DNA of 64,000 nt from Candidatus Eiseniibacteriota bacterium. GTDB lineage: Bacteria > Eisenbacteria > RBG-16-71-46. A model generated the notes under the pieces. That model worked only from the letters and a program-made list of their open reading frames with translations. It made no database searches and was not told where the DNA came from. Positions 19,153-28,854 of the stretch are shown here, one piece after another (the first letter of the stretch is position 1; each line of letters begins with the position of its first letter). The stretch covers positions 1,504,001-1,568,000 of the forward strand of contig CAVSAC010000014.1 of NCBI GenBank assembly GCA_963725865.1. Direction: 5' to 3'. Position numbers and translations under genes: made by a program.

Positions 19153-20498
19153 AGCTCGGGCTGGTCGCGATGAGCGGCGTGCGCGCCGCGAACCCCGAGC
19201 TGACCAAGGTCGGGCTGACGCTCCCGGGCTTCGTCGAGCGCAGCCAGGTGATCGCCTCGCTGCCGAGTCTCTCGCTGCTCACGCTCGCCGGGCTCACGCC
19301 GCCCGACGTCGAGATCGCGTACCGCGAGATCCCGGACCTCGCCGCCGAGAGCGATCCGATGGGCGACCACGACCTGGTGGCGATCGCCTCGTACTCGGCC
19401 CAGGTGCAGGACGCCTATCGCCTCGCGGATCGCTACCGCGAGCGGGGCGTGCCGGTGGTGATGGGCGGGCTGCACGTCAGCATGCTGCCCGACGAGGCGC
19501 GCGCGCACGGGGCGGTCGCGGTGGTCGGCGAGGGCGAGACCGTGTGGCCGCGCATCCTGGAGGACTTCCGGGCCGGCCGGCTCGCGCCGGCGTACGCGTC
19601 GCCGGCCACGGACGGCTTCGATCTGGCGGACGCGCCGATGCCGCGCTACGACCTGCTCGACATCGAGCGCTACAACCGTCTCACGGTCCAGACCAGCCGC
19701 GGGTGCCCGCACCTCTGCGACTTCTGCGCCAGCTCGATCCTGATCGCGCCGCGCTACCGCGTGAAGCCGGTCGAGCGGGTGATCGCCGAGATCCGCCGGA
19801 TCAAGGAGCTGTGGCCGACCCCGTTCATCGAGTTCGCGGACGACAACAGCTTCGTCGTCCGCCAGCACGCCAAGGAGCTGCTGCGGGCGCTGAAGGCCGA
19901 GAACGTGAAGTGGTTCACCGAGGCGGACGTGTCGATCGCGCAGGACGGGGAGCTGCTGGACCTGATGCGCGTGAGCGGATGCCGGCAGGTGCTGATCGGC
20001 CTCGAGAGCCCGGGCCCGAGCGGACTCGACGGCATCGAGATGAAGGCCAACTGGAAGCTGCGCAAGTCGCCCGACTACGAGGCCGCGGTCCGCGTCATCC
20101 AGTCCCACGGCATCACGGTCAACGGCTGCTTCGTGCTCGGATTGGACGGCCACACCGCGGACATCTTCGACGCGGTCTACGACTTCGTCGCGCGCTCGGG
20201 GCTCTACGAGGTCCAGATCACCGTGATGACCGCGTTCCCGGGCACGCCGCTCTACCGCCGGCTCCGCCAGCAGAACCGGATCCTGGTCGACGGCGCCTGG
20301 GATCGCTGCACGCTGTTCGACGTCAACTACGTGCCGACCGGCATGACGCCGGATCAGCTGCAGTGGGGGCTCGTCGAGCTGGGCCGCAGGCTCTACGAGT
20401 CGGGCTTCATCGAAGCCCGGAGGAAGCGCTTCTTCGCGGACCTGCGCCGCAGCCGCAGCGCCGCCCGCGGCCTCGAGGAGGAGTCGCATGAGAACTGA
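19149..20498 (+). CDS. B12-binding-domain radical SAM protein
   Basis: N-terminal B12-binding fold (VVMGGLHVS, VGEGE) and QTSRGCPHLCDFC CxxxCxxC motif. Confidence 0.9.
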   Translation: MKLGLVAMSGVRAANPELTKVGLTLPGFVERSQVIASLPSLSLLTLAGLTPPDVEIAYREIPDLAAESDPMGDHDLVAIASYSAQVQDAYRLADRYRERGVPVVMGGLHVSMLPDEARAHGAVAVVGEGETVWPRILEDFRAGRLAPAYASPATDGFDLADAPMPRYDLLDIERYNRLTVQTSRGCPHLCDFCASSILIAPRYRVKPVERVIAEIRRIKELWPTPFIEFADDNSFVVRQHAKELLRALKAENVKWFTEADVSIAQDGELLDLMRVSGCRQVLIGLESPGPSGLDGIEMKANWKLRKSPDYEAAVRVIQSHGITVNGCFVLGLDGHTADIFDAVYDFVARSGLYEVQITVMTAFPGTPLYRRLRQQNRILVDGAWDRCTLFDVNYVPTGMTPDQLQWGLVELGRRLYESGFIEARRKRFFADLRRSRSAARGLEEESHEN

Positions 20499-20874
20499 CT
20501 GGATCCGCCCGTTCTTCCTGTTCGCTGGCTTGTACGATTTCGCGCTGGGCGCGGTGTTCCTGTTCGCGTATCCGGCCATCTACGCGCGGTTCGGGATCAC
20601 GCTGCCGAATCACCCCGGCTACATCCTGTTCGGCGCGGCCGTCGTGGCGATCTTCGGGATCGCGTTCTGGTTCGTGGCGTACGCGCCGCGGCGCAATCGC
20701 GACCTGATCGCGGTCGGGGTCCTGTTCAAGCTCGCGTACGCGGTGACCGTGCTGGCCTTCTTCGCGCGCCACCAGATCCCGACGATGTGGGTGCCGTTCG
20801 CGTTCGCGGACCTGCTGTTCGCGCTCGCGTTCGTGGTCGCGTGGCGCGCGCTCCCGGCGCTCGCGGCGGAGTGA
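20488..20874 (+). CDS. Small 4-TM membrane protein
   Basis: GAGGAG RBS; four hydrophobic segments; overlaps the end of the radical SAM gene. Confidence 0.7.
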   Translation: MRTDWIRPFFLFAGLYDFALGAVFLFAYPAIYARFGITLPNHPGYILFGAAVVAIFGIAFWFVAYAPRRNRDLIAVGVLFKLAYAVTVLAFFARHQIPTMWVPFAFADLLFALAFVVAWRALPALAAE

Positions 20875-20917
20875 GCGCCTCAGGGTAGGCGAGGCGCTTC
20901 GGCGACGCGGCGGCGCA

Positions 20918-21520
20918 TCACCCTTGCGTGGGCGCCGCGCCCGTGCGCTCCCGCGCCCTCACCCGCTCCGCATCGCTCATCCGCCCGACCGCGCTCAGCA
21001 GCGCGCGCACGATCTCGACCGGGCGCGGCGGGCAGCCGGGGATGCGCACGTCGACCGACGTCACCGCCTGCACGCCGTCGTGGGTGGCGAACGAGCCGGA
21101 GCAGAACCCGCCGTGGCACGCGCAGTCGCCGACCGCCACGATCAGCCGCGGGCGCGGCGTGGCCTCGTCGGTCAGCCGCAGCGCCTCCTCGAGGTGGCGC
21201 GTGGGCGGGCCGGTCACCAGCAGCCCGTCGGCGTGGCGCGGCGAGGCGACCACGTCGATGCCGAACCGCTGGATGTCGTAGAACGGGTTGAGCAGCGCCT
21301 GCAGCTCGCTCTCGCACGCGTTGCACGAGCCGGCATCCACGTGACGCAGGCGCAGCGAGCGACGCAGCACGCGCCGCACCTCGGCGCGCAGCGCGTGGCC
21401 GAGCACCTCGAACTCGCCGTCCTCGGTGCGGGGGGCGCGGGTCAGCTCGGCGGGCCACGCGATCGCGGGCTGGCCGGTCGCGACTCCGCGCCGCAGCGTG
21501 CGCCAGACGATCTCCCACAT
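20918..21520 (-). CDS. hyfI: Group-4 hydrogenase small subunit (NuoB/HycG/HyfI-like)
   Basis: DAGSCNACESE, SPRHAD.LLVTGP, GDCA, IPGCPP. Confidence 0.85.
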   Translation of the reverse strand: MWEIVWRTLRRGVATGQPAIAWPAELTRAPRTEDGEFEVLGHALRAEVRRVLRRSLRLRHVDAGSCNACESELQALLNPFYDIQRFGIDVVASPRHADGLLVTGPPTRHLEEALRLTDEATPRPRLIVAVGDCACHGGFCSGSFATHDGVQAVTSVDVRIPGCPPRPVEIVRALLSAVGRMSDAERVRARERTGAAPTQG

Positions 21521-21545
21521 GGTCACGCTCCCCGGCGCGCGGCGC

Positions 21546-23156
21546 TCATCGGTCGACGCACGCGTAGCAGAGGTTGAAGGACTTGTTCACGATCGGGAAG
21601 TCGGGAACGATGTTGTCGAGCATCGCCAGGGCGACCGCCGGCCAGTTGGCGTGCGAGGCGGAGCGCACACGCCACGCCTCGATCGTGCCGTCGCCGCCCG
21701 CGCGCACCCAGTGCATCAACAAGCCGCGCGGGGACTCGACCAGGCCCATGCCGTGGCGGCCCTGGGGCAGCGGGCCGATGTGTTGCGCGAGCGGCCCGCC
21801 GGGCAGCCGCAGCAGCATCTGCTCGATCAGGTTGAGCGACTCGTGCATCTCGTCGACGTGCTGGCGGAACCGCGCGAGCGCGTCGGCCTCCTCGCGCACC
21901 GGGACCTGGAAGTCGAGGTCGCGGTAGAACGCATAGGGGTGATGGCGGCGCACGTCGAACGACAGCCCCGAGGCGCGCGCGGCGGGGCCGACCACGCCGA
22001 GATCGCTCGCGATGGTGCGCGCGAGCACGCCGGTGTTCTGGAGCCGGTTGAGCACCGCGGCGTTCGCCAGCACCGAGCGCGCCAGCGCCTCGAGGTCGGC
22101 GCGCACCCCGCCCAGCACGCCGCGCAGCCACTGCTGGTGCGCGTCCTCGAGATCGCGCGCGACCCCGCCGGGCACGCACACGCCGCGCAGGAAGCGGTGA
22201 CCAAACAGCGCGTCGTTGACCTGCTGCAGCTGCTCCTTGAGCCGGTAGGCCTCGACCGCCCCCACCATGTACGCGGTGCAGGTCAGCAGGTGGCCAATCG
22301 TGCCGGCGTGGTTGTAGAGACGCTCCAGCTCGGCCGCCAGCGTGCGCAGCGCGCGGGCGCGCGGCGGCACCGCGGTGTCGGTCAGCTCCTCGATCGCGGT
22401 GCAGTACGCGAGCGCGTGCGAGAGCGCGCACAGCCCGCACGTGTGCTCGGCCAGCTCGAGCCCGCGCGTCATGCTGGCGCCCATCGCGAGCGTCTCGAGC
22501 CCGCGGTACTTCCAGCCCAGGCGCACGTCGAGCTTGAGGATCGCCTCGCCCACGGTCGAGAACCGGAAGTGCCCCGGCTCGATGATGCTGGCGTGGATCG
22601 GGCCGACCGGGATCTCGAACACGCCCTCGCCCGCGACCGGCTCGAACGCGAACCGCGGCGCCCACGACCAGTCCGCGGGCGGCACGAAGTCGCGCCGCAG
22701 CGGGTGGGCACCCGCGGGCCAGCCGGCGTGCGCCACCAGCGGGCGCGGATCGGGGTGCCCCTCGGGGGTCACGCCGAGCAGGTCGCGCAGCTCGCGCTCC
22801 AGCCAGTGCGCGGCCGGCACCGCGGGCGTCAGGCTGGGGTAGGAGGGCGTGTCGGCCGGCACCGCGGTGACCAGCGTGAGGACGGCGTCCTGCGGCGCCA
22901 TGCTGAACATCGCGTGGATGCGGAAGCGTCCGGCGCTCGCGCGCTCGTCGATCCCGAACAGCGCGATCAGCGTGCCGCCCCACTCGCGGTGCACCGCGGC
23001 GGCCACGTCGCGCACGCGCGCGGCCGGCACCACCACCTGGTGCTCGCGGAGGCTGGTGCGGTCGGCGTCGAGCACCGCGTCGGCGAAGCGCTCGCGCAGT
23101 CCGCGCAGCGCGCTCTCGAGCGGGAACAGCTCGCCGGGCTCGGGGCGCTCGTTCAT
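21546..23156 (-). CDS. hyfG: Group-4 [NiFe] hydrogenase large subunit (NuoC+NuoD fusion, HycE/HyfG-like)
   Basis: ERELRDLLG..GHPDPRPL, GPIHASIIEPGHFRF, TCGLC, ESPRG, NKSFNLCYACVDR. Confidence 0.88.
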   Translation of the reverse strand: MNERPEPGELFPLESALRGLRERFADAVLDADRTSLREHQVVVPAARVRDVAAAVHREWGGTLIALFGIDERASAGRFRIHAMFSMAPQDAVLTLVTAVPADTPSYPSLTPAVPAAHWLERELRDLLGVTPEGHPDPRPLVAHAGWPAGAHPLRRDFVPPADWSWAPRFAFEPVAGEGVFEIPVGPIHASIIEPGHFRFSTVGEAILKLDVRLGWKYRGLETLAMGASMTRGLELAEHTCGLCALSHALAYCTAIEELTDTAVPPRARALRTLAAELERLYNHAGTIGHLLTCTAYMVGAVEAYRLKEQLQQVNDALFGHRFLRGVCVPGGVARDLEDAHQQWLRGVLGGVRADLEALARSVLANAAVLNRLQNTGVLARTIASDLGVVGPAARASGLSFDVRRHHPYAFYRDLDFQVPVREEADALARFRQHVDEMHESLNLIEQMLLRLPGGPLAQHIGPLPQGRHGMGLVESPRGLLMHWVRAGGDGTIEAWRVRSASHANWPAVALAMLDNIVPDFPIVNKSFNLCYACVDR

Positions 23157-24616
23157 GGGCGCAGCACCGTGGCCGCCTGCTCGAGCAGGTGGCGGAACGG
23201 GGTCGGCAGGTAGGCGCCGAACAGCACCAGGAGCGCCGCGAGCACCCACATCGGCGCCCGCGAGCCCGCGGGCAGCGGGTCGTTCGCCGAGCGGCGCGGA
23301 CGGCCGAGTGCCACGCGGGTCCAGTGGTAGGCGAGCCCCGCGAACACGACCGCCAGCGCCGCGAGCGCGGTGATCACCACGCCGATGCGCCCCGCGTGCA
23401 GCCCGCCGAGCAGCGTGGTCCACTCCGACAGGAACAGCGCGGTGGGCGGCAGTCCGGCCAACCCGACGCCCGCAATCACGAACAGCGCGCCGAGCGGGGG
23501 CGAGGCCTCGAGCGCGCCGGTCCAGTGGTCCATGCGGCGCGACGCGAAGCCGCGGCCGAGCGAGCCACCGACCAGGAACGCGAGCGTCTTGGCGAGCGCG
23601 TGCGCCACCAGGTGCAGCATGCCCCCGAACACCGCGAGCGGGGTGCCGAGCCCGACCGCCAGCGTGAGGAACCCGGTGTGCTCCACGCTCGAGTACGCGA
23701 GCAGCCGCTTGTAGTCGCCCTGCAGCAGCATGAACGGCACCGCGACGATCATCGACAGCAGCCCGAAGCCGACCAGCAGTCCGCTCGAGTAGCGCGGCCC
23801 TAGGCACGCGGCGGCGATCGCGTGCACGCGCAGCACCGCGACCAGCGCGGTCGCGAGCATCGCCGCCGACAGCACCGCGCTGACCGGCGTCGGCGCCTGG
23901 CTGTGCGCGTCGGGCAGCCAGGTGTGCATCGGCGCCAGGCCGGCCTTGGTGCCGTAGCCCACCAGCGTGAACACGAACCCGAGCATCACGAAGCGCGGCG
24001 CCAGCCGCGGCGCGGCCTCGCGCAGCGCGGTCCACTCGAGACCCTGCGCGTGCTCGGCGAACAGCCCGGTCGCGGAGTAGTAGAGCAGCACGGTGCCAAA
24101 CAGCGCGAGCGTGATGCCGACCGAGCACAGGATCAGGTACTTCCACGCCGCCTCGACCGCGCCGGGGCGATCGTAGTAGCCGACCAGCAGCGCCGAGGCG
24201 AGCGTGCTGGCCTCGAGTGCGATCCACAGCAGCCCGAGGTTGTTGGCGACCGCGGCCAGCATCAGCGAGCCGGCGAGCAGGTGGAACATCGCGTCGTAGC
24301 GCCCCGCGGTCCAGCCGGCCGCCGCGTGGCCTGCTTCCTCCTGCGCCATGTAGTACGCGGCGTACCACGCGGCGGACGTCACCACCGCGCCGATCACCAG
24401 CGCGAGCAGCGCGGCGAGCGCGTCGGCCTGCAGCCAGCCGCGCGCCGCGGTGAACGGTCCGTCGATCAGAACCCGCGCCGCGAGTCCCAGCGCGACCGCG
24501 AATCCGAGCGCCGCACCCGCGAGCGACACGCGGCGGCTCCACGGCGAGCGCCCGAGCAGCACGCACGCCACCGCGGCGAGCGGTGAGGCGAGCAGCAGCG
24601 GGAGCAGGAGCGCCAT
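23153..24616 (-). CDS. hyfF: HyfF-like antiporter-like membrane subunit
   Basis: EAAWKYLILCSVGI, GYGTKAGLAPMHTWLPDAHSQAPTPVSA, KRLLAYSSVEH. Confidence 0.9.
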   Translation of the reverse strand: MALLLPLLLASPLAAVACVLLGRSPWSRRVSLAGAALGFAVALGLAARVLIDGPFTAARGWLQADALAALLALVIGAVVTSAAWYAAYYMAQEEAGHAAAGWTAGRYDAMFHLLAGSLMLAAVANNLGLLWIALEASTLASALLVGYYDRPGAVEAAWKYLILCSVGITLALFGTVLLYYSATGLFAEHAQGLEWTALREAAPRLAPRFVMLGFVFTLVGYGTKAGLAPMHTWLPDAHSQAPTPVSAVLSAAMLATALVAVLRVHAIAAACLGPRYSSGLLVGFGLLSMIVAVPFMLLQGDYKRLLAYSSVEHTGFLTLAVGLGTPLAVFGGMLHLVAHALAKTLAFLVGGSLGRGFASRRMDHWTGALEASPPLGALFVIAGVGLAGLPPTALFLSEWTTLLGGLHAGRIGVVITALAALAVVFAGLAYHWTRVALGRPRRSANDPLPAGSRAPMWVLAALLVLFGAYLPTPFRHLLEQAATVLRP

Positions 24617-24618
24617 GG

Positions 24619-25296
24619 TCAGCCCTTCAGCGAAGTGAGCCGGGTGGTGTCGGCGTGGTCGAACGTCTCCTCGATGCGCCCGACGAACACGCCGAGCAGC
24701 GCGACGCCGACCAGCAGGTCGAGCAGCACGCCGATCTCGACCACCAGCGGCATGCCGTAGGTGAGCGAGACCGCGGCGAGGAAGATGGCGTTCTCGACCA
24801 GCACCAGCCCGACGATCTGCATGAGGGCTTGGCGGCGGGTCACCATCACGAACAACCCGATCAGCGTGGCTGCCACCGACACCGGCAGGCACGACGCGAG
24901 GATCGAGGTGCCGGCGCCGAACAGCGCTCGGGTCTGGCTGAAGCCCACCACCACCAGTACGCCGCCGATCAGCGAGGAGGCCGGGATGCCGAGGTAGGAC
25001 TCGACCGCGCCCGAGCCCTTGGAGCGCGCGAGCGCCTGGTGGAGCAGGCGTGGGATCAGGACCCCCTTGCTGCCCGCCACCAGCAGCGCCGCCGCCGCGA
25101 TGTGCCAGGTGCCGGTCGCGTAGGCCACCACCAGCGCGATGCCGGCAAGGCTCCACGAGTTCCACGCGTAGGCGCGGATCGCGCCCGCGGTGCGCCGCTG
25201 GCTGACCGCGTACAGCGCCGACAGCAGGAACGCGCCCGCCAGCAGGTTGATGGCGTTGCTGCGCGGCAGCCAGTCGATGATGGGCAGGTCGATCAT
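24619..25296 (-). CDS. hyfE: HyfE-like membrane subunit
   Basis: QIVGLVLVENAIFL...MPLVVEIGVLLD...LKG C-terminus. Confidence 0.85.
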   Translation of the reverse strand: MIDLPIIDWLPRSNAINLLAGAFLLSALYAVSQRRTAGAIRAYAWNSWSLAGIALVVAYATGTWHIAAAALLVAGSKGVLIPRLLHQALARSKGSGAVESYLGIPASSLIGGVLVVVGFSQTRALFGAGTSILASCLPVSVAATLIGLFVMVTRRQALMQIVGLVLVENAIFLAAVSLTYGMPLVVEIGVLLDLLVGVALLGVFVGRIEETFDHADTTRLTSLKG

Positions 25297-26246
25297 CGGA
25301 GCATCGCGTTGGAGGCGAGGGCGAGCAGCGAGAGCAGGAACGCCATGCCGAGGAACTCCGGCACGCGGAACAGCCGCATCTTGGCGGTCACCGACTCGGT
25401 GACCGCGATCACCACGCACGCGACCAGCAGCTTGGCGATCCATGCCAGCGCGGCGAGCGCGAGGGCTCCCGGCGTGGGCGCGAGCGCGATGCCCCACGGC
25501 AGGAACAGGTTCGCCACCAGCGTGAGCAGTACCGTCTGGCGCAGCGCCGCGGCCCACTCGAGCAGCGCCAGGTGGCGGCCCGAGACGTCGAGCAGCATGC
25601 CCTCGTGGATCATCGTCAGCTCGAGGTGGGTGACCGGGTTGTCCACCGGCACCCGCCCGGTCTCGGAGACCGCGACGATCCACATCGCGGCCAGCGCCAG
25701 CAGGTGCGACGGCGACAGCCACCCGAGCGGCGCGGTCGCCACCGCGTGCGCGATGCCGCCGAGCGCGGTGGTGTGCGCCGCCAGCGCCAGCGTGAACACC
25801 GCCAGCATCAGCGCCGGCTCGGCGAGCGCCGACAGCGCCATGTGGCGACTCGCCGCCATGCCGCCGAACGTGGTGCCCGCCTCCATGCCGAGCAGCGCCT
25901 GCAGCACGCGCGCGGCCGCGAACAGCGCCACCGTCGCGACCAGGTCGCCGGCGAAGCCGAGCGGATCGCCCGCGAACAGCACCGGCGTCCACGCGCACAC
26001 CGCGAGCGAGCACGCCAGCACCGCGCCCGGCGCCACCCGCGCGAGCCACGAGGCGTCCTCGGAGACGATCGCCTCCTTGTGCCATAGCCGCGCCAGGTCG
26101 GCGTAGCGCTGCAGCGGCGGCGCGCCGCGGCGCATCTGCAGGCGCGCCTTGAGCGCCGCGATCACGCCGTTGAGCGCCGGTGCCACCAGCACCAGCAGCA
26201 GCGTCTGGACCACCGCGAGGACGGCGTTCAGGAGCGGATCCGTCAC
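25293..26246 (-). CDS. hyfC: HyfC/HycD (NuoH-like) membrane subunit
   Basis: KARLQMRRG.PPLQ.Y.DL, ETGRVPVDNPVTHLELTMIHEGM, AKMRLFRVPEFL. Confidence 0.9.
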   Translation of the reverse strand: MTDPLLNAVLAVVQTLLLVLVAPALNGVIAALKARLQMRRGAPPLQRYADLARLWHKEAIVSEDASWLARVAPGAVLACSLAVCAWTPVLFAGDPLGFAGDLVATVALFAAARVLQALLGMEAGTTFGGMAASRHMALSALAEPALMLAVFTLALAAHTTALGGIAHAVATAPLGWLSPSHLLALAAMWIVAVSETGRVPVDNPVTHLELTMIHEGMLLDVSGRHLALLEWAAALRQTVLLTLVANLFLPWGIALAPTPGALALAALAWIAKLLVACVVIAVTESVTAKMRLFRVPEFLGMAFLLSLLALASNAMLR

Positions 26247-28318
26247 GGCTGCCTCGCGCCCAGCAGCAGCACCACCAGCGTGATCAGCAGGTAGAGCATG
26301 TAGAGGTGCAGGTTGCCCGCCTGCAGCCGGCGCGCCTGCTCCGAGGTCCACAGCACCGCCTGCACCAGCGGCTCGTAGAACAGTCGCTCCGCGAGTGGCG
26401 GCAGCCCCGAGGTGTACCGGTACTTGTGCCCGAAGTAGGGCGAGCCCTCCTCGAGCACCTCGAGCTCGCGCTCCGCGCGCACCAGGGGGCCGAAGATCAG
26501 CCGTAGCGGCTTGGTGAACCCGAGCGCCGAGTACTGCTGGCGCGAGTTCAGCCGCGTGCCGCACGCCCACGAGGGCGCGCGCCGGATCGGCGTGCGCAGG
26601 CGCACCAGCGCCAGCACGGCGAACGGCAGTGCCGCGAACAGCGCGACGAGCAGCGCGATCGAGAGCGGCGAGATGCTCGCGATCGCGGGCCCCAGCGGCG
26701 CCAGCACCAGCCCGTCCCAGCTCGACAGCGCGGTCGCATCGAAGCCCGGCATCAGCGCGGCGAGCGGCGCGGCGAGGGCGCCGAGCGCCCACGTGGCTCC
26801 GGTGCCCCACGCCACGCCGAGCAGCGCGAGCGCGAGCAGCGTCCACTCGAGCGCCGGGCCCGCCGCGTGCGCGTGCGTCGCGCCGTCGCTGCGCGCGCGC
26901 CCCAGGAAGCCCACGCCGTAGAGCTTGACCAGCGCCGCCGCCGACAGCGCGGTGGCGAGCGCCAGTCCCGCGCCCACGAACGGCCCCAGCAGGCGCAGGC
27001 TGCCGGTGCCGGCCGAGAAGCCCACGATCAGCGTCTGGTACAGCAGCCACTCGCCGATGAAGCACGCGAACAGCGGCAGCCCCGCGAGCGCCAGAATCGA
27101 CGCGAGCGCCGCCCCCGAGAGCCGCGGCAGCCGCCGCGCGAGTCCGCCGAGCTGCTCCAGGTCGCGGCTGCCGGCCGCGTGCGCCGCCTCGCCGACGGCG
27201 AGGAACGCGAGCCCCTTCGAGAGGCCGTGCCCGACCGCGTGATAGAGGCACGCCGCCAGCGCGACGCCCGCCAGCACCGGCTGCCCGCCGCGCGCGAACG
27301 TCGCCGCGAGCCCCAGCGCGATCGCGAGCAGGCCCATGTTCTTGATGGTGGAGTAGGCCAGCAGGCGCTTGGCGTCGCTCTCGAGCACCGCGTACAGCGC
27401 GCCGAGCAGCGCCGACGCCGCGCCGGCGATCAGCAGCGTCTCGCCCCAGCCGCCGACCGGCCCGCCCGCCATCTGCCACGCGAAGCGCAGCAGGCCGTAG
27501 AGCCCGGCCTTGACCATGACGCCCGAGAGCAGCGCCGAGATCGGCGCCGGCGCCTCGGGGTGCGCCATCGGCAGCCACACGTGGAGCGGCGCCAGCCCCA
27601 GCTTGACCGCGAAGCCGAGCGTGAGCGCCCACGTCACCAGTCGCGCCTCGCCGGCCGGCAGGACGGAGTACGCGTGCGCCAGGTCGGCGAACCCGAACGA
27701 GCCCGCCACCGCCGACAGCCGCAGCAGCGCCAGCGCCATGAACGCCGCCCCCGCATGCGAGAGCGCCAGGTACACGAACGCCGCACCCCGCGCGCGCGCG
27801 CTGCGCGGATCGGCCGCCACCAGCGCGGCCGAGAGCAGCGTCATCCCCTCCCACGCGAGCAGGAACAGCAGCGCGTGGCGGGCCGCGAACGCCGCCGCCA
27901 GCGCCAGCGCGAACCCCGCGTGCAGCGCCATGCGCGCCTCGTCGCCCGCGCTCGCGGTGACCGGACCCGCGTCGTGGGCGTGCGCGCTGCGATGGGCCAC
28001 GAACGAGGCCGCGCCCACGATGCCGAGCAGCAGCAGGAACGGCGCGGCGAGCGCGTCGATGCCGAGGGACCACGGATCGCCCGGCAGCCCCGGCCACCAT
28101 TCGAGCGGCCACGGCTCCATGCCGAACAGCGCGAAGCTGGCCGCCACCGCGAGCGCCGCGCAGGCCAGCACCGCCAGCGAACGCGAGAGCCGGAAGCGGA
28201 ACAGCGCGGAAGGCCGCAGGCTCGCGGGCAGCAGCGCCAGCACGGGCAGCAGCGCGGCGGCGGCGAGACCCCAGATCGCGAGCGCGAACAAGCCGCCGGC
28301 AAGCGCGGCGAGCGGCAT
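26243..28318 (-). CDS. hyfB: HyfB/HycC (NuoL-like) antiporter-like membrane subunit
   Basis: KLGLAPLHVWLPMAHPEAPAPISALLSGVMVK, KRLLAYST, WACG, LQAGNLHLY. Confidence 0.9.
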   Translation of the reverse strand: MPLAALAGGLFALAIWGLAAAALLPVLALLPASLRPSALFRFRLSRSLAVLACAALAVAASFALFGMEPWPLEWWPGLPGDPWSLGIDALAAPFLLLLGIVGAASFVAHRSAHAHDAGPVTASAGDEARMALHAGFALALAAAFAARHALLFLLAWEGMTLLSAALVAADPRSARARGAAFVYLALSHAGAAFMALALLRLSAVAGSFGFADLAHAYSVLPAGEARLVTWALTLGFAVKLGLAPLHVWLPMAHPEAPAPISALLSGVMVKAGLYGLLRFAWQMAGGPVGGWGETLLIAGAASALLGALYAVLESDAKRLLAYSTIKNMGLLAIALGLAATFARGGQPVLAGVALAACLYHAVGHGLSKGLAFLAVGEAAHAAGSRDLEQLGGLARRLPRLSGAALASILALAGLPLFACFIGEWLLYQTLIVGFSAGTGSLRLLGPFVGAGLALATALSAAALVKLYGVGFLGRARSDGATHAHAAGPALEWTLLALALLGVAWGTGATWALGALAAPLAALMPGFDATALSSWDGLVLAPLGPAIASISPLSIALLVALFAALPFAVLALVRLRTPIRRAPSWACGTRLNSRQQYSALGFTKPLRLIFGPLVRAERELEVLEEGSPYFGHKYRYTSGLPPLAERLFYEPLVQAVLWTSEQARRLQAGNLHLYMLYLLITLVVLLLGARQP

Positions 28319-28383
28319 CTTCCATCCCTGGTTGGAGTGAGCGGGCACCCACCGCAGGCACGGCGGGCCACGAGCAGAGTGCA

Positions 28384-28412
28384 GGAGTAGCAAGCGAACG
28401 GGCGGGGGTCAA
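28384..28412 (-). promoter_or_regulatory. Candidate sigma70 promoter of the hydrogenase operon
   Basis: TTGACC-17 nt-TACTCC on the minus strand with TG just upstream of the -10; imperfect -10. Confidence 0.35.
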
Positions 28413-28854
28413 GGCGCGCGTTGCGCGCTCGCCGCCGAGAGCGGCCCGCGACGGCCGAACGGCGGTGGTGGCACGGCTGCCCGCGCTCGTGCGGATCGCC
28501 GACGAGGGCAGCCACCACGCGCTCGAGGTGAAGCGCGCCGACGCGTCGCCGATCCGGATCGAGCTCACCGCGAAGCTGCTGTCGATCGACGCGCGGTAGG
28601 AGTCGAGCGTGCCACGAGGTCGCGTCTGCACGACGAGGAACTCGTTGGCGCCGAGATCCTGTGGGGGCTGTGGCTGTCTCCCCTGGCGGTCCTGGTGTAC
28701 AGGGCGCGCTTCCTTCCGCGCCCGACTCGGAGCGGTCGCGCTCATGCAGTGGCTCGTGATCATGGGGGCGAGGGAGCGGACCGTGAACGCCCCGGCCGCT
28801 GGATCGTGCTCCACTCCGGTTTCGGTGACCCGCGAGGGTGGCGGGTGGACCCGC

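Noticed and set aside
20918..28318. Respiratory complex I or a complete formate hydrogenlyase
   Set aside because: No nuoA/I/E/F/G, fdhF or hycB/F here; the subunits are of the Hyf/Ehr type.
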